Shown: one piece after another, positions 60,900 through 64,000 of the stretch
How the letters are laid out: the number at the start of each line of letters is the position of its first letter
Position numbering within the stretch: position 1 is the stretch's first letter
Assembly: GCA_963713045.1 (NCBI GenBank)
Contig: CAVQKE010000007.1
Coordinates: forward strand, 128,001-192,000
Length of the DNA: 64,000 bases
Source of the DNA: an uncultured delta proteobacterium
GTDB taxonomy: Bacteria; Myxococcota; Myxococcia; Myxococcales; Myxococcaceae
Reading direction: 5' to 3'
Program-made: the position numbers and the translations under genes
The notes under the pieces: generated by a model
The model's input: the letters and a program-made list of their open reading frames with translations, nothing else
Told to the model about the DNA's origin: nothing
Database searches by the model: none

Positions 60900-62809
60900 G
60901 GTTTATACCAGATGGGCGAAGTGTAGGCCCGGTCCGTTACGGTCATCGGAACGTAGGCGGCCATCTTGATGCCGAATCGCTTCTGGTCATAGGCCGTCCA
61001 GCGAGGCGACGGAATCTGAATCACGCGGACGTAGTAAAACGCGAGCTCCGTAGCATTGAAGTGCGGGTCCTTCCAGTACGCCGATAGAAACGCCGCACCG
61101 ATGGAGTTGCTATAGGTTGCATTAGCCACGTCCACAGTGCTACCGACTAAAGTCTTGCAACTGCCGTCCGGGCCAATCTTGCGCCCGCCGGATACCGCCA
61201 CGTCGTAAATTCGCTCGTAAGTCTTACCATCCTTGCCGAGCCAGCCCTTGATGATTTGGATGCGGTCGAGGTTGGGGCCGTCCGGGTCGCGCACCGCGTG
61301 CACCATGAATGCGGGGCTCTTGCCAGCAGGCGCCTTGCTGAGGTTCCCGCCCATCGGCACACCACCGGCGTAGCCATGCGCTGCGAAGTCGGGCCGATTG
61401 TTGTCCGCCGGCACGAAGTCCCAGCCCGCGAAGACGCGCACGATTGGCCGGTCCCCAGTCGTGGCATAGGCCTCCTTGCGCTTGAGCGCGTCCCAGATGG
61501 CCTCGCGGGTATTCTCGCGCGCCCACACCCCGCCCAGGCCAGAGGCTTGCTCCATCCACACCGAGTAGGCCGGTTTCCCGTCAGCAAATTTGAGGAGTAC
61601 GTTTTGCCACCGGTCGGGGGCTGGCTCGGATTCCGTAAACTGGCCGAAAAAGTTCTCTTCCCGCATCGTAAAGACGCCCGTGTGCTCATCGCTGGCGCCC
61701 ACCATCCCGAAATTATAGGGGTTGGCTCCAAGCTTGCTTTCTAAGAGCAGTCCAAGCTTGAGCGCGGAACGCGCGTACTCGTACTGAAGCATACTGTTGA
61801 CCTTTGGCGTCGGGGGATTCCCGAGATTGCCGGCGGCCCAATACCGTTCGAAGTCCGCGAATTCGTCGTTCGGTGAGAGGAAGGGGTGGGTCTCGCTATC
61901 CCCCTTTACCTGCGTGGCCTCCATGAGCGGCTCGTGGCCGCTCCGCGCCTCGGCGTAGGCACGGTCCATCGGCTTGTGGTCAAAGGTCTCCGCGGTGAAC
62001 ATGAGGCCGTTGCTGAGGTTGCTGTTGTGCGGGATGGCGAGAACCTGGCCACCAGTCGACTTCTCGTATTTGTCCATGAACTTCCAGAGTTCCGCGGGGT
62101 CTTGGCTGTCGAACGCGGAAAATGGAACAACTTGACTCACGCGGTCCACGTTATCGCGGAAAATGAGAGTACGATGAAGATTATTGCCTCCCGGTACGGA
62201 AGTCCATTCGAAGCCGTGAAGCGTTGTGAAGACCCCAGGCTGATTGTATTTCTCGGCCGCCTCGTACGCTTCCTTCCAAGCTCCGGCTTTCAGCTGAGGC
62301 TGGTTAATCTCATCCTTGTTCTGCGCGATTGAGGTAAATACTTCAAAGGCAGCCTTAAGAGCCTGCTGTTTGCCCTGCTTGGACATGTCGTACCATTGTT
62401 TGCCCATCGGAGTGGCAAGGAGCGCGGGGCTGCTACTCCGAATTTGATCGGCTAGCCCCATATATTCGGCGTGGTCGGTGATGGCGAGCCAGTCGAGCGG
62501 TCGGTCAAGTCTAACTTGCAATCCTGTGTTGATGGTGACGACTTCGCCCCTCGAAAAACGGAACAGGTCTGCGGGACCGAGCGTGACTCCCATCAGGCCT
62601 GCGTCGGCGGAAAGGGACGTGTGGATGTGCGTGCAACCCCAAAGGACGCGGTCCGGGAAGGTCTGGTCGACGTAAGGTGAATATTGCTTCGCTGGTGCTT
62701 TTGGCGGCACCGCCCCTTTTGGACTCGCTTCCTGTGCGACGCTGGTCTTCGCAGTAAGCAGAACAATGAACATCAGAGTTGGAATGACCCTCGTCACGTG
62801 TTTCATCAT
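60896..62809 (-). CDS. Secreted DUF3604 protein (PHP-like metallohydrolase)
   Basis: THIHTSLSAD; TDHAEY; GFEWTS; NLHR; IPHNSNLSNG; KGDSETHP; YTSPIWY. Confidence 0.9.
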   Translation of the reverse strand: MMKHVTRVIPTLMFIVLLTAKTSVAQEASPKGAVPPKAPAKQYSPYVDQTFPDRVLWGCTHIHTSLSADAGLMGVTLGPADLFRFSRGEVVTINTGLQVRLDRPLDWLAITDHAEYMGLADQIRSSSPALLATPMGKQWYDMSKQGKQQALKAAFEVFTSIAQNKDEINQPQLKAGAWKEAYEAAEKYNQPGVFTTLHGFEWTSVPGGNNLHRTLIFRDNVDRVSQVVPFSAFDSQDPAELWKFMDKYEKSTGGQVLAIPHNSNLSNGLMFTAETFDHKPMDRAYAEARSGHEPLMEATQVKGDSETHPFLSPNDEFADFERYWAAGNLGNPPTPKVNSMLQYEYARSALKLGLLLESKLGANPYNFGMVGASDEHTGVFTMREENFFGQFTESEPAPDRWQNVLLKFADGKPAYSVWMEQASGLGGVWARENTREAIWDALKRKEAYATTGDRPIVRVFAGWDFVPADNNRPDFAAHGYAGGVPMGGNLSKAPAGKSPAFMVHAVRDPDGPNLDRIQIIKGWLGKDGKTYERIYDVAVSGGRKIGPDGSCKTLVGSTVDVANATYSNSIGAAFLSAYWKDPHFNATELAFYYVRVIQIPSPRWTAYDQKRFGIKMAAYVPMTVTDRAYTSPIWYKP

Positions 62810-63106
62810 TTCTCCCTCATGATCCGGCTATAAGCCCTAGGCTGTTCATCACTGCTTCGCACGAGCAACGATTCCGTTACGCCCGAGCACGAGCGTTGGT
62901 CGATCCCGCAGACGGCTCCGCACAAGGAGTCGACCCGCCCGGCCGTGAGTGGCACTGCTCTGTCCGGTAAGCGACAATCCCCTCCCCGCTTCAAGGACTC
63001 TAAACGCCTGCCGGACATCTTGCGGGGCGCGGAACACCCCGCCCGCAGAAGTCGGTTGCGCGTACCTACTTGATGTCTGCAGCCTCCGCTATCCGCTTTG
63101 GGCCAG

Positions 63107-64000
63107 ATGGAGGGGGCACTCGTGCTGAAGCCAGAACCCTCGAACTACTTCGAGTACATCATTCGGGATGCTGAGTCTTACGGGATGGTGCTTGCCGCAG
63201 CCAATCTGGAGATCTCCCAGCTTGAACCCGGATCCCTGAGCGGCCGCCATATTCGCCTGAACTTGCCAGGCGGTGAGTTCTCCTATGTTGAAACGAACCT
63301 GGCACTGCGCGGAATCGGCACTTTCCCAAACCTGTGGACGCTGTCGGTCGTGCTGGAGAGCACAAGCCGGTCACGTCAGCATGGGATACGGATTCGTCCG
63401 GGGTCACTCGTAATCCACCAGCCCAAGGCGGAACACGACGGGGTTTACAGCCGCAATTTCAAGGTCGCTTGCTTCACCATTCGCGACGATTTTCTTGCAA
63501 GCCACGTCCGGCACCTCGATCGAGAAGTTCGGGCCGCAATGCGCAAACCATGGTCGGTATTTGAGCCGCCAGCCGACTTGCGACAGAAGACCATCGAGCG
63601 CTTTGCGCAGGCGGCGGAAATCGTTCAATCCGACCCGCGAGTGCGAAACTCCCCACAGGCGCTGGCAAATCTTGAGGCGGAGTTGGTGTGGGAATTCCTA
63701 GAGGCGGTCGAGCAGCAGTTCCCGGTGCATTCAACTGGCCCGGACCAGCGGGCCGCTGAAATGGTGCGCCAGATCGATCAAGAGATGAAGAATTCTCTCA
63801 AGGTCGGGGCTTCGGTAGCCGAACTATGCGCTGCTTGCGAGGTGTCACGGCGAACTCTAAACCGCGCATTCCAAAGCGCGCTCGGCATGGGACCGGCTAC
63901 CTATCTCCGTCGCCTCCGGCTGAATCATGCTCAGCGCGCTTTACACCGCGAAAACGACCGCTCGACCACAGTGACCGATGTTGCGTTGGAACTAGGCTTC
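63107..64000 (+). CDS. AraC family (EutR-like) regulator, runs off window
   Basis: Hand-translated open frame: SVAELCAACEVSRRTLNRAFQSALGMGPATYLRRLRLNHA...VTDVALELGF. Confidence 0.9.
   Translation, partial: MEGALVLKPEPSNYFEYIIRDAESYGMVLAAANLEISQLEPGSLSGRHIRLNLPGGEFSYVETNLALRGIGTFPNLWTLSVVLESTSRSRQHGIRIRPGSLVIHQPKAEHDGVYSRNFKVACFTIRDDFLASHVRHLDREVRAAMRKPWSVFEPPADLRQKTIERFAQAAEIVQSDPRVRNSPQALANLEAELVWEFLEAVEQQFPVHSTGPDQRAAEMVRQIDQEMKNSLKVGASVAELCAACEVSRRTLNRAFQSALGMGPATYLRRLRLNHAQRALHRENDRSTTVTDVALELGF

Overview
High-GC window from a Myxococcota (myxobacterial) chromosome. 1-~40 kb is conserved core: the adventurous-gliding cluster gltD-gltE-gltF-gltG-gltH(cglE) plus TPR genes, a DnaC-like ATPase, aspartate kinase, a GldAFG/DUF4340 ABC transporter, rpoZ, CIRCE-controlled groES-groEL, smc, prfA-prmC-murA and others. 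~40-64 kb is accessory and centred on a tRNA-Gly(CCC) integration hotspot. The most notable item is a ~12.2 kb segment between a 5' tRNA half and the intact tRNA. It carries cupredoxin-actABCDEF (alternative complex III) followed by a Cyc2-like outer-membrane cytochrome-porin instead of a terminal oxidase, with two sigma54-type promoters. This is a candidate extracellular electron-transfer (possibly Fe(II)-oxidation) module. Other observations: no GATC seen in the first ~43 kb, an unannotated 38-aa very basic ORF divergent from prfA, extra CIRCE-like boxes before two hypothetical genes, and a DUF3604-PPIase-HupE/UreJ module. Several single-base frameshifts in homopolymers look like long-read errors. 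All calls come from reading the sequence by eye; no searches were run.
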